This document shows, piece after piece, positions 13,703 to 26,924 of a stretch of DNA of 64,000 nt. Made by a program: the position numbers and the translations under genes. The first letter of the stretch is position 1. The number at the start of each line of letters is the position of its first letter. The stretch spans positions 10,540,001 to 10,604,000 of the forward strand of contig JBHGNT010000021.1 of assembly GCA_043228905.1 (NCBI GenBank), in the 5' to 3' direction. Under the pieces are notes generated by a model. That model was not told where the DNA came from. It was given only the letters and a program-made list of their open reading frames with translations, and did no database searches. Source of the DNA: Azolla caroliniana. Its lineage: Eukaryota; Plantae; Polypodiophyta.

Positions 13703-13949
13703 AATAAGCTTGAGCCGGATCGGTGAGCCAGTGAGCAAGTGAGTCGGAGAGCTAGGGAGCCGGTTAGCCAGATCCAACAATAACCAGAAGCCTAGTAACA
13801 ACCTAGATTGCTAGGTAATTAATGACCGTACTTTTGTCAGTTCTCTTAGGACTTGTATAAATAGTGTTGTTGAAGCACGTTGTAAATACAAAGAACTATT
13901 ATTGTTTTGTAATAGATTATGTTGTTCTGCTCTTTCTCTGTCTCCCCCA

Positions 13950-14232
13950 CGTACTATCAAGCTCTCCATTAAACCTGCATTTCTATGTTTGGTTTTCTAT
14001 TACCTCCGCACGCTATTCGTTTTTACATGGTATCAGAGTGTGAGGGTTGAGAACCTCTACAGCCGACCTTAGCTCAAGAAGAAAACCTAAGCGTACTATC
14101 AAGCTCTCCATTAAACCTGCGTTTCTATGTTCGGTTTTCTATTGCTTCCGCACACTATTCGTTTTCACATGGTATCAGAGCGCGAGGGTTGAGAACCTCT
14201 GCAACCGAGCTTAGCTCAAGAAGAAAACCTAA
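13950..14232 (+). repeat. 142-bp tandem duplication of LTR U5 end, PBS and leader
   Basis: GTACTATCAAGCTCTCC...TGGTATCAGAG...GAAAACCTAA occurs at 13951 and again at 14093. Confidence 0.9.
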
Positions 14233-17200
14233 CCTTCGTAAAGAACAAGAAAAACAAAATGGACAAAGGAATGACTAGCTCGCTCCCGGTGGAGAAGCTT
14301 GACAGATCCAACTACATATCTTGGTCTTACAAGATGCACCAGTACCTACTTGGGCATGGTTATCGGAGCTATGTCGACAGAGCTAGCGACATAGCACCTG
14401 ATGCGGCACACATGGACTTCCCAATGTGGGAACAAGTGGCAAGCAGAGTGATATATTGCTTTGCGTCCAGTGTCGGAGACCAGCTGCTGAGCCATGTCCA
14501 AGATGCCAAGACGCCAAAAGAAGCTTGGGGAAACCTGAAGAAGGTTTTCACGGCAAGCACTACGGCCTAGAAGCTGCAACTCCGACAGGAGTTGAGCAAT
14601 GTCCGACAGAAGGACATGTCGGTAGCAGATTACATGGCTCGAATCAAAGAGATCTGTCACTCATTTGCCTCTATCAACATCACTGTGGAGGAAGATCAGA
14701 TGGTGCAGATCTATCTTGGGGGCCTAGCGTCTAAATTCAGAGTGTTCCAAACGGCGGTATGTACAAGGGAGAATACGCCGTCATTTTTTTACTTACAGTT
14801 GATGCTCCTTGTAGAGGAGAACCATGCCGGTGCGTCAACAAGTGCACCCATCAACAACCGGATGTTGTACATGGAGGCGGATCGGCCCTGTGGGCGTGGT
14901 GGACGAGGCGGGTCGGCTCGCAATGGTAGCGGCTGGCAAGAGCAGGACCGAAGGCACCAAGAACGTGCCGACAACAGTTCCGTACCCTCCACAAGCAGGG
15001 GGAGTCAAGGTGGCGCCAGAGGTCGGCAAACAAAGGCCGACATGGATTGTTGGTATTGTGGTAAAAAGGGCCACAAAGAAAGCGAGTGCTAGAAGAAGCG
15101 CGCCAATTCGGACAGATCCGGATCCGGCAAGGCCGGCAGAGAGAACCGACAATACTCACACTACGCAGAAGGATCGGGAGGATCCAAAACTGGAAAAGCC
15201 GGTAAAGGGCCAGCCTTGGTGATGAAACATGAGGCTAACTCGATGAAGAAGACCACTTCCAAATCAGAGGAAGTGTGGTACGTTGATTCCGGTGCGTCGA
15301 ATCACATGACGAGCCACAGAGAGTGGTTCTCTTTCTTGGAGAAACCGGAACAACTAGGAGTTGTCGAAACCGGAGACAACACTCCACGCCCAATCGTGCA
15401 TGTCGGAGAAGTCCCTTTGAGCCACGTCGGATAGAGGGGGAAGCTGATGAACGTATTACACGTTCCGACCATCACGAAGAACCTGGTGTTGGTTGGACAG
15501 ATTGTCGACCAAGGAATGCAGGTGCGGTTTACACACCTCGGATGCTTCATCGAGGAAGAGGGCCAAATCAGTGTGCAAGGGCGTAGAGACGGGAGGATGT
15601 TTATCCTCGACACCAATGACGTCGACATTGCTTTGTTCGCCAAAGGACAGAAGATTGAATTGGATATTGATCTCTGGCACAAGTGGATTGGCCACGTCAA
15701 TTACCGGAGGCTTCAAGACCTGCAAACGAAACAAGTTGTTTTCAGTTTGCCGAAGTTCAGTGGCCGGAAGGTCGAAATTTGTGAAGCCTACCAACTCGGG
15801 AAGCAACACCGACTTCCATTCCCCACCGAACAAAACCGTAGCCGTAACAAGCTCGACCTTGTTCATTCGGATGTATGGGGACTGGCACAGAATGTTAGTC
15901 TTGGCGGGAGTCGATACTTCATTTCCTTCATTGACGACTATAGCCGGCATACATGGATCTACCTCATTGAGCGAAACAACGAAGTCTTCGTGTGTTTCTG
16001 GAACTTGAACGGGAAACGGAGAGGAAGATCAAGTGCCTGCGGTCGGATGGCGGAAAAGAATATTTTTCCAGCCAATTCAATAGTTATCTGCATCAAAAAC
16101 GAATTCTGAGAGAGTTTAGTTGTAGATACACACCGGAGCAAAACAGTGTGGCCGAAAGGTCAATTATCGACGCGGCAAGGACAATGCTGGAGGAGAAGAG
16201 CATGCCCCATTTCTACTGGGCTGAGGTGGTCCGAATGGCCGTCTATATCCAAAACCGGATCGGTGACAAGGTGTCCGCACATGAGTTGTATTTCAGGCGC
16301 AAGACAAATCTGAGACACCTTCGGATATTCGGTAGCATTGCATATGTGCATGTGCCAGATGAGAAGCGGAGGAAGTTGGATGCAAAGTCGGAGAAATGCA
16401 TCCTAGTCGGTTACTCACATGAGCAAAAGGGGTATAAGTGTTATAACCCCTAGTCGAAGTAGGTCCAAGTTAGCCGGGATGCTGAATTTGATGAGACGGC
16501 ATCATGGTATGCCTTACCGGCTCTGACTTCCAACCCCGACCCAATACCGGAGGATGAGGCTAGTGATCCTGAACAGGTCCAAGTAGAAGATGAAGACTTC
16601 GGCACTCTAGAAGAGAGTCTGATCTCATTCCGGCTAAGTGGACTGAATGAGCGACTAAGTCGGGATGACCAATCGGATGAGGAACTGGCAAGTAGTGGAG
16701 ACTCTACCGTGGTCTCCCCGCGCAAGGAACCGAGGAGACGGTTCACGCGCAAAGAGAAGGGGAAGAAGAAGAAGTCGGAATACGAAACCGACAATGTTGA
16801 GTCGGATCAGAGCGAATCCGACTCCGGAAAGGATGAAGGCGGATCTTCGGGAACAAAGCTTGAACCGGCCATGAAGGGCCCCAAACCGGGTAACTATAAG
16901 TTACGCCTGTCGTCCCGCCAGAAGAACCCCGTGAAGCGGTACGGGTACAATGAGTACATGGCGCATCATTATGCGTACATGACCAAAGTGGTGAAAGTGC
17001 GTGACCCGGAGAGGTACGCAGAAACGGCAAAGGACGCGAATTGGCGTGCCGCTCTGCAAGAAGAAATGCGGGCACTTGATGCCAACGACACATGGGACCT
17101 AGTTGACCCTCCCCGACACTGTAAACTGATTGTATGTAAGTGGGTGTACAAGGTAAATTACAATGCCGACGATTCAGTTAACCGGTACAAGGCCCAGTTA

Positions 17201-19060
17201 GTGGCGATGGGATACGCAGAGACCCTCGGAATCGATTACAACGAGACCTTCGCTCCGGTAGTGAAGATGACGACGATTCGTGTGGTGCTAGCGGTTGTTG
17301 CGGCAAGGGGGTGGCATCTTCACTAGATGGACGTGAAGAATGCATTTCTTCAAGGTGATCCTGAAAAAGAGGTCTTTATGACCCAACCCCGCCCCCCCCC
17401 GGTTTCCAGACGGAGATGAACAAGTTAGCGGTATGCCGGCTGAAGAAGTCACTTTATGGCTGAAGCAAGCCCCCCGAGCTTGGAATGCAAAGATCACGCA
17501 CCGGTTGTGTAAGATGGGGTTTGCTGCCTCCAAGTCTAACTCTTCGTTGTTCATCTAGCAAAGTCCGGACGGTCCGGTTTGCATCTTGTTGTATGTTGAT
17601 GATCTAGTCATCACTAAACCCAGACTCGATGAAATCAACCGAGTCAAGTCCCAACGGTCGAACACATTTGAGATGAAGGACCTGGGGGAGCTTCACTATT
17701 TCCTTGGGATCAAGGTGATCTGAACCCCCGACAGCATATTGCTCTCACAAAGACACTATGTGTTGAGTATGTAGTACAAGTTCGGCATGATGGAATGCCG
17801 ACCGATCTCCACACCCCTCGACCGGAACCAGAAGCTCCGTCCCAACTCCGGACCGGCCTGTGATGAGAAGCGGTTCCGACAGATCATCGAAAGCCTTGTA
17901 TATTTGACAATCACCCGACCCGACATCAGTTATCCGGTTGGTATGATCAACCAATATATGCAGAAGCCCACTGTGGAGCACCTTCAGTGTGCGCATCAAA
18001 TTTTGAGATATGTGAGCAGCACGAAGGACCAGGGACTGTAATACCGGCATGGTATAACTGAAGAGCTAGTGAGCTACACCGATGCCGACTAGGCCGACGA
18101 TACATCGGATCGCCGATCCACCTCCGGCTATATGTTTTCCCTTGGTAGCACGGCTATTGTGTGGAGCAGCAAAAACAGCCAATAGTGGCCCTTTCGAGCG
18201 TTGAAGCTGAATACCGGGGGCACTACCGTTGCCACTTGTGAAGCCATTTGGCTTCAGCGACTACTACAAGACTTGCGGATCGAGGTTCTGACCCCGATCC
18301 TGATCTACTGCACCAACATAAGTAGCATGCAAATTGCTAAGAACCCCATATTCGATGCTCGCACAAAGCACATAGAACTGCACTACCACTTCGTGCGTGA
18401 GCGTGTCCTGAGCGGTGAAATCGAACTTCGGTATGTTCATACGATCGGCAGGTTGCCGACATCTTCACCAAATCGCTCGGATCGGACAAGTTGTAGCACT
18501 TCATCGAAATGCTTGGTGTTCAACATCTTGACGTGCCACACTTGAGGGGGAGAACGGGCAATGGCAAAGAAACTACCAATTGCGCCGGTGAGGAAAGAAC
18601 CGACAAAGGGAGAGACAACAAGAAGAAGTCCAAGACCCGGACATGGTCCGATGTTGTGAAGGGCCTGGAACCGGAAGACGAATCGGGAGCGACCGATTCG
18701 GATAAGAGCTGGAACGAGTCGGAGACAACCGATTCGGTTCAACAGATGGATTCGGAAGAACTGGATCAATTGAAGGCCAAGCAGACGAGAAGGCAGCGGA
18801 AGTCGACGCCAACACAAACGAACCAGCAGGTCGACAAGCGTCGAAGTCACAACAGCGAGGGAGCTGAATTGGGCCTGTTGAGTAGACAAGCCGACCGAGG
18901 AGGTCAAGGTGCGCAGAATCAAAAGGGTCGCGGCAAACGGGACCGGACTAGATGAGGACTGCGAGCGAGGCGGAGTGACGCCAGAAGGAGCCGGGTGGAA
19001 GGACCGACTGCCATGGAGACTGACACTATGATCCGACCTTAAGTTGAGCTTGAGGGGGAG

Positions 19061-19475
19061 TGTTGAGCTGCAAGCTCAACCGGATCCAGATCAGCTGAAT
19101 AAGCCTGAGCCGGATCGGCATCCGGAAGGATGAGCCGGATCGGTGAGCCGGTGAGCTGGGGAGCCGGTTAGCAAGATCCAACAGTAACCAGAAGCCTAGT
19201 AGTAGCCTAGATTGCTCGGTAGTTAATGACTCGTAGTTAGTGTCAAACGCTCGTGTGAGTAATTGAAATACACCGTACTTCTGTCAGTCCTCTTAGGACT
19301 TGTATAAATAGTGTTTTTGAAGCACGTTGTAAATACAGAGAAATATTATTGTTTTGCAATAGATTTATGTTGTTCTGCTCTTTCTTTGTCTCTCCCGCGT
19401 ATTATCAAGCTCTCCATTAAACCTGCGTTTCTCTGTTCGGTTTTGTATTGCTTCCGCACACTATTTGTTTTTACA
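19061..19475 (+). repeat. 3' LTR of Copia 13703-19475
   Basis: TGTTG...TTACA after PPT; matches 13703-14027. Confidence 0.9.
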
Positions 19476-22400
19476 CTTCTTTGTAGATGTCTTATTCTAA
19501 GAGCAAGCAAATCTTCTCGACTCATGTCATCTGCCCATGGCAAGGCAACCCAGGAAAATACCGATCACTCTACTAGCATAATTGGTTTTTGACCAAGTAT
19601 CAATTCTGATGGCATAAAGCCAGTTACAGAACTGTGAGTAGTGCGGTCAACCCATAGTGCATACAGTAACAGATGAGGCCAGTTAGCTATCTTGCCATCA
19701 CAAGCTTTCACCAAAGCTTTTACTATAGGGCTATGTCCACGCTCAGCCTTCCCATTAGCTTCAGGGTTATATGCCATAGTTAAGGACCGTCGAATTCCCA
19801 TTCGTGAAAAAAATTGTTCAGGTTTGTGAGAATCTAGTTCTCCTCTGTTTGCAACAATCTTCGCAGTGCACCTGTACCTACATATCAAATCTTCAAGAAG
19901 GAACTTACAAATAGCTGAAGTGTTTTTTTGGCGTAGGGCTCAGCCTTCCACTTGATTTGTCAAATCTTCTCTTGCCAATACAAGAGATCTCATTTGCCAA
20001 ACCCCTACAGGCATCATTAGAATATCCACAACCCATTTATAATGTACATATAAAGAATAAGTAGGTTGCAACCCATCACGATGCTGAATATTCAAATACA
20101 TTTGGCAGTTCTCACATGATTGTACATAATCTGCAACATCATTGTACATTCCAGCCCACCAAAACTTCTCTTTTAATTTCGAGTAGGTGGCGCAAACTCC
20201 ACGATGACTTGCCCATAAAGTATCATGAAATTCAAATCTTAGTTTTTGTTGTTGTTCCCTTCTTCCAACCACTCTTTGCGGAATCCCTTTCACAACCTTT
20301 GGATGTCTCCAAAGATATCCCTCATGAAGAAAAAATTTATAAGCTTTCTTTCTTATTTTATGAAATAGCTCCCTTGACCATGTTCCATCTTTCTCATGAG
20401 TACTCAAGTATTTTCCAATTTGTAATATCTCCCCCTCGTTCTCCGATTCATGAAGAATAACATGAACACCCAAATCACATGACCCCTTCAAGTTACAATT
20501 TATGGAAAAGAAATCAAAACTCTCATCTTCTTCATCACTCATTACCATAGTATTTTTACCTTTAAACCTTGCTCTTGAGAGCATATCGACAACTGGGTTA
20601 TCCGTTCCTGCAATGTGCTTGATTTCAGGACATAGTGATTTTATGTAGGCTATCCATCTAAGCATAGCTATATCAGATGTTTCAAAACTTGAAATCATTC
20701 CTAGCAATGGATGACAATCTGTTTCAACAACAACTTCAACACCAATTAAGTATTCACAATCTGTTTTAATAGTTGTTAACATACCCCATAACTCTCTTTT
20801 AATCTGTGGGTAAGCTCTTTGGCGTTCTATTAAGATTTTTGCACCAAATCGAACTACGTATCTCAACCCATCCTTCTCTTCTTGGCTAATAGCCCAACCG
20901 ATCCCAAGTGGACTTGTATCCACTATAATAATGATGGGGTGTTCACTATCAGACCTAACCTTCCTTAAAACAGGGGCATTCAACAACATTTCTTTTAGTT
21001 GGCGAATTGCATCTGTATGTACATTAGCCCAAAGGAAACTTGAATTCTTCTTAAGCAACCCATAAAGTGAATCAACCACATGTGTGAAATGTGGAATCCA
21101 AATTCGGTAAAACACAATCATCCTTTAGATTTTGAATTGCATTTACCTTAATTGCATTCGGTAAAGCACCCAAAAACCTATGCACTTCTGTTAGAGATTA
21201 ACAATCATCCTTTAGATTTTGAATTGCATTTACCTTAATTGGGGATGGCTTTCTTCCATAGGGTCCACACATGTGCCCTACAATCAGAACTTCGGGAACC
21301 CCAAACATAGATTTTTGACCTGAAAATGTAAGATGAACCTCTTCTAACCTTGAAAGGATTCTTTCACAAGCATCAATGTGCTCTACAACAAACTTTCTAC
21401 ATCCGTTTGCCATGAGTTTTTCATCCTTCTTATTCATCGAGCATCCTTTTATTGGAACATCATCTAGAAAAGGCATAGTTATTTTTGGCACAAAATCTCT
21501 TAAACTTTTATTCATAGCATTCACCATATGTGCCACTGAATTTGTAGCACCTTGAGGCAATGTACACATTCGCATCAATCCAATTGGTGTTCTTATAGTA
21601 GTTATATCATGACTATCAATGGCAAACGGAAATTGATCATATCCTGAATACAAATCACACATAGAATATATAGCTCTTCCTGCGAAAGCTTCTACAAAGG
21701 CATCTACAATCAGTCCAACACCGACATTTCGAATAGTAACTCTATTGACAGGCTGTAAATCCTGAATGAACCTTAATGAACCATTCTTTTTAGGTACAGT
21801 AAACTACTTATTCGAGTAGGGGGCATCTGATGGCTCCAAGATACCCATTTCTATTTTTTCCTTAAGCAAAGCTATTACTTGCGGTATTTGGGCTCGAGGA
21901 ACAGGGATAGGCCTTAAATTCCAAGGAATATGCGGAACTGTAAATATAATCATTGGTTCCACAATTGTTGGGTCTACACAACCAATTTCACTCGACTCAA
22001 ATGCAAATGCTTTCCCATGACTAGCAATCATATTTCGAAAACATTGTATCTCAACGGGCAAAAGAAAATCATTCTCACCAATTTTTAGTTGATCTAGAGT
22101 AGCATTTGTAAACTTATGACCAATGTCCTTAGAATCCTGCAATGTTGGCTCAAACGTGACATTCTTTTTCATTTCAGTACTATCCATAAGTAGATATGCA
22201 TGGCCACGGACTTGACATTTTTGTCTATTGTTTTATATTTTGTGTTAACTTTTATTGCATACTTATTTTTACTTGCTTTTTAAGTCATTTCATGATAGCT
22301 ATTGCCAACTATTTCACTATTAGCTATACAACCATTTTTTTCAATAAAATCAGCAATATGAAGGTACATATCAATAGAATTTACATGAACAAATCTCTTG

Positions 22401-22906
22401 TCGCATTCTTTCTCATTCAAGCAATTTTCTAATATTTTGACGGTATCCACATCTGAATATTCAAGAAACATACCATAAATTATGTCATCCCTTTCAATCA
22501 TCCCTGAAGTGCACAATGCATCCAAAATCTTCCTGCTCCCTTTATTTTTTGCATGACTTTCCACACCAAAGAAACACGTAAATCCATCCATTGTATTAGA
22601 CAAAGTATTGATTGTTTTATTAATTGGAAAACATTTTTGCAAGGAAAGAAAAGCTTTGGGACCATTGTATCCCTGCCCATCAATGATCCTATTTAAAAAT
22701 CCGACTCATAAGGTGACATATCATGCTCACATGAGTAATTCGTAATTCTTCTTTATTTCTATCATGCTCCTGCCTAACAGTAAGAAATTGAACACTTCTT
22801 TTACCATCGATACTTCGAATCCTAGCATATGCTGAACCATCTTCAAGCACCTTCGTCTCCATCCTAGAAGATGTGATGTATGGTTGACCAAGAATCACTA
22901 GGTATG

Positions 22907-23661
22907 TGTGAAAGTGTTTTTAGAATCTAAGTCATTGAACATTAGAAGAATATAAAGTATGGATAATTCATATTTGGAGGCTAAGAACACGAACCAAGAC
23001 CTTAGGAAGAAGTCAAAAGTAAAAGTAAGAGACCAAGAGAAAAGTAAAAAGAGAAAAAGCGGACCATAAAAAATAGTAAAAAATGAATGGTCATAAATCC
23101 TTCCTTTTTCATCGAAATATTATGTTTAAATATGGATTAGAAAGATTGTAAAGAGAGCTATCTATAGCATTTTAAATCACTAAATTCGGAGCTCTAAGGA
23201 GGGAGATATGACGATTAGAAGGTCGTTGGGTCTTAGCTAAAAATAGGAGATAAAAAGCTTCTAAAAATAGCGTGAACGAGGAAGAAGAAGAAAATTATAA
23301 AAGAGGAAGTGATAGTCTTAGATGGAAAAACTAATAGGGAGTGGATCCTAATAGAGGAAAGGGAGTGTTAGGAAGAGAAATATTAGTGAAAGAGGAAGGC
23401 CCTTAATTGTGGTTTTTGAGTGATTGGTAGTAAGAAGGTCTTTGGTCTCTTAGTTGAATGTGGAGTTTATCTCCTTTGTATTGTCTTGATGTTGGAATAT
23501 CATAACAATATTATCTCTTTCTCATGTTCTCTATCTTTTTTTCTTAATTTCTTGAGTCTCTCTTTATCGATATAATATATTATGAGTCACAACTCCATCT
23601 AACCGGTTTGGTCAAGCCCTCATATAGTGTAAGATTATCCTTTGTCTTAAACACCTCATCA
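22907..23661. mobile_element. Solo LTR inserted in Gypsy G2 protease region
   Basis: TG...CA termini; 5-bp TSD GTATG at 22902-22906 and 23662-23666; removal joins TSSY to LVILGQPY. Confidence 0.85.
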
Positions 23662-25697
23662 GTATGAAGAGGTCTTTTGGATAAAGAAATGTTGCTCCAT
23701 TAGCACATCTCCAATGGTGACTTTGATGTTTGGGCAAGCTCCATGAAGTTGCTCGGTCGTTGAATTAGCCAACTTTACCCTCCACCCATGATTCATTTCC
23801 ATTGGCCATCCGCCTTTCCTATAAATATCATAAGAAATTAGATTAATTTCTAAGCCAAGGTCAATTAAGGCCACGACCAGATCTTCAAGGTTTTCAATCT
23901 TCACGGGTGTCTCAGTTGTTGCTCTTGCCCAAAGTTTCTTAGCATAGTAGCTTTTAGTTCTTTCGGCTTGTCTTCAAAAGTTGTTGTCACAATAGCTTGT
24001 GTACTAACAATGGAAGAGCTTGGTTCCTTTTTGAGGACTTCCACCATTGCTTTCTTTACTTCACTTCCTAGGTTTTCGGTGGCTTCAATACTTTGTTGTT
24101 TTCTTTTAATTCCATCTATTATTGCATCATGAAATTCTTTTTTCGCTATGCCCAAAAGTTCCCTCAAGGAAAGTTCCACTTTGCTATCTAAAATTCTTTC
24201 TTCCAATACTTTTTTTTAAATCAGTTGAAGCTTCAATATCAAATAATAATTTGAATGAGGGACTCTTCTTATCCTTACCTTTTTCAATGTCAGGGTTTAC
24301 CATTTTTGGACTTTCTGTCTCCCTCTTTTTAGCACTTCTTAGCTCCCTCTTCTTGTTATCTTCATTTTCGCCCATTTCCATTTCTCTTCGATGATCACTT
24401 CATGAGCTTGGGTTGTTGCAACCTTCGCGAAAGCTGAGAGGCCATCCACTAGGTCTTCCCAACCAGTTTTGCTTCGGACAGCATCACCTTCAGGCTTCAA
24501 CTTTTCAAACTCAATTTTACCCTTTCTTGCAGCTTTCAAAATACATGGCCAAAATTCAGATTTAGATCCTCCTTCACCACATGGATGATTGTAGTTGTAG
24601 GTTGATAGGTAGCTTGTGTCCTAGTTATTTCCGCATCTTCAATGATCCTTCTCATACCACCTCTTCTAAAGTAAGTTCGGAGAGGTAATCGAGTTTCAGA
24701 AGAATGAATCTTACCATCTTTGAAGAATATCACCCCTCTTTCTATCGCTTCTTGATAGTTATCACACCCTCCTCTTGAATGGTCGACGCTATCACACCAT
24801 ATGCATCTTCTTTCATAATTTTTTTGGGGTTATGAGGATTTTTCTTCTTGTAGCTTTGCAACATGTAATGAAAGATCTTTTATACCTTTGATAAGATCGT
24901 CCATCATTGTTTCGGGTACCTTGGAAATAGTTGACGGACTCCCAATATCCTCCTTGATGGTTGTCTTCACTTCATCTTTCATACCTCCGACAATCGAAAG
25001 ATCCTCACACCATTTGGCTCTTTTGCTGATTCTGTTGCAAGCTTCATGTACTTGATTTCAATCAGACACTAGTCCAGTGGGTGTAGTCCAGTCTTCAAGG
25101 AATACAACTAATTTTTCTCGATAGGGTCGGTCTAATGCCTTCAGGAATAATATGACCTTCTCTTGTTCCAAAAGAGTCCTTTCGGTCATCGTTAATTGAT
25201 TATAACGAGCTTCAAACTCTTTCAACAACTCCATCACCGAAATCTTCTTGTCCTCTTTGTCCACCCAATCCAAGAAACTCCTCCTTGATGCTCGGATTGT
25301 ATCACCAAGCATGTATTCATTTAATAAAGCTTGCTCAAATGCAACCCAATCATTAGAACTTGTTGCGAGTTCAGAGACTCTATTTCTCAAAGGTAGTTCA
25401 AGCATCCTCACAAAATTCATTTGAACATCATGTTGATTTAATCCTTTACTACCCATCTCAATAACATATACTTGTAAGAATTTGGTTATATTTTTACCTT
25501 CAAAGAGACCTATTTTCTCTCCAAGCTTGTCAATATCATGATCGATTCGTTGAAGAGCAGTTGCACGTTCTTGGCTTTGCATCATTCTTTCAATCATTTG
25601 AAGCACCACATTGATTTGTGGTTCCACAATGACTTCTTGGTTGATTCGTAGCTCCGAGACTGCTTGTTGGTTCTCCATCTCTCTTAACTTCCGGTTT

Positions 25698-26071
25698 CAT
25701 GTCGGGTTCACCACTGTCGCGTCGATCTCGGCGTACGAGAGCAAATGAAAAGAAAATCGCATATCCGGGAAGTCAGCACCGGGCTTCTTGTCAAAGAAAG
25801 AGGAGAAAAGGAAATAACTTTTATTGATATTTGAAGATGATAACAAAGTATTTCTTGTACAATAATATAGCTTGTCCCTCCTATTACAATAATATTCCTC
25901 GTCTCATGTTCTCCCCTTCACTCTTTTCCCTTTCCCTCTTAAAATAGGTGCCCCCATGCATATGATTCATGTGAGGGTACAAGACATGCATGTAGTGCAT
26001 GAAATGCATGTGATGCATGATCGCCATTTGGCGTTCATGCATTACATGTGATGCATGATAGATATCCCACA
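25698..26071 (-). repeat. 5' LTR (25715-26071) and tRNA-Trp-type PBS (25698-25713) of Gypsy G2
   Basis: Minus strand TGTGGGATATC...GACGCGACA, then G, then TGGTGAACCCGACATG upstream of the gag ATG at 25678. Confidence 0.8.
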
Positions 26072-26078
26072 CATTTGA

Positions 26079-26140
26079 CCTAGCCTAATGGTAGGTGCCT
26101 TGTGTTTGGTATGTGAGGTCGTGGGTTCAAGTCTCTCGAA
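26079..26140 (+). other. Degenerate tRNA-like/SINE-head fragment
   Basis: A-box-like TAGCCTAATGG and B-box-like GGTTCAAGTCT at tRNA spacing; no acceptor stem seen. Confidence 0.45.
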
Positions 26141-26665
26141 TGTTATTCAATACATTATTTTAGTTTATTTTTCTATCGTGAAGCAAATCTTTCACAACAC
26201 CTAAACCCCCACACACTCCTATTCATCGAGGCCTCGCACTTTATATAACCTTTTACAAACATTTGAATAAGCTCATATAAATTGGTAGAGATTATTTTCT
26301 CATCGTGGCATGGAAATGTCACGACAACGCAACAACATCAATAGTTTTCACATTGCCATCGGCCTTAGGAGGAATAGATTCAAACCCTTTACACTCTGCA
26401 ACATTAGAAAACACCAACATATTCACACTCGCAAAGTAGCTAATAGTCTCACAAAACAACATAATGAACATAAAATATTCTACAACAAAATAATAATATT
26501 ATCTTAATATCCATCATAGAGTTCCATTACATAATGTGGATCAAGCAACAACTACTCTAAGGTGTTACTTGTCAAAATAGACTATAGGCCATCTTCATAA
26601 TTTTCTAGGAAAATAACCAACAGTCATATCCCACTAATCAGTAATTGGTAGTAATTAGCTCTCAT

Positions 26666-26890
26666 TCAAGAGCCCCTTGATCGAGTAACTTGTCTTGTCC
26701 CCGATCGTGGCCCCTTCTTCAACCTTCTTCTAGTTGGTTGCCCATTTAGCCTTGCTTCTTTCACCCATTGCGCAATTGTGTCCTCCTTTGACAACCTTTC
26801 CATCATCTCAGTAGCGGCTTGCATGTCAGCCATGTCTTGCGATAGCTTTTCCAGTACAATGGGATCTGGTAGGGCATCATCATCAATTGG
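26666..26890 (-). pseudogene. Probable terminal exon of the element-E gene
   Basis: Open frame DALPDPIVLEKLSQDMADMQAATEMMERLSKEDTIAQWVKEARL...RSRGS*. Co-directional with 48652-49976 once the inversion is undone. Confidence 0.45.
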
Positions 26891-26924
26891 GCTCGTTGAG
26901 GTTGAATCAAGGTTTTGGGTTTAG

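Larger units (their letters stand above)
13703..19475 (+). mobile_element. Near full-length Ty1/Copia (5'-truncated 5' LTR, gag-pol with stops, 3' LTR)
   Basis: 13703-14027 matches the 3' LTR 19061-19475. PBS TGGTATCAGAG; domain order gag-PR-INT-RT-RH; PPT TGAGGGGGAG before TGTTG at 19061. Confidence 0.95.
19476..26071 (-). mobile_element. Ty3/Gypsy G2 (5' LTR, gag, PR, RT, RH, INT), 3' end lost
   Basis: ALIDLGLEIN (PR), DLYSGYDQ..LPQGATNS..FLDD (RT), VDTS..ETDC (RH), YNPEANGKAER (INT). Confidence 0.93.

Noticed and set aside
1044-19592. Numerous short antisense ORFs over retroelements as host genes
   Set aside because: Shadow frames of gag-pol or LTR sequence with no recognisable domains
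21112-21240. 40-bp direct repeat in Gypsy RT/RH as a functional signal
   Set aside because: Local duplication that disrupts the reading frame; a mutational scar
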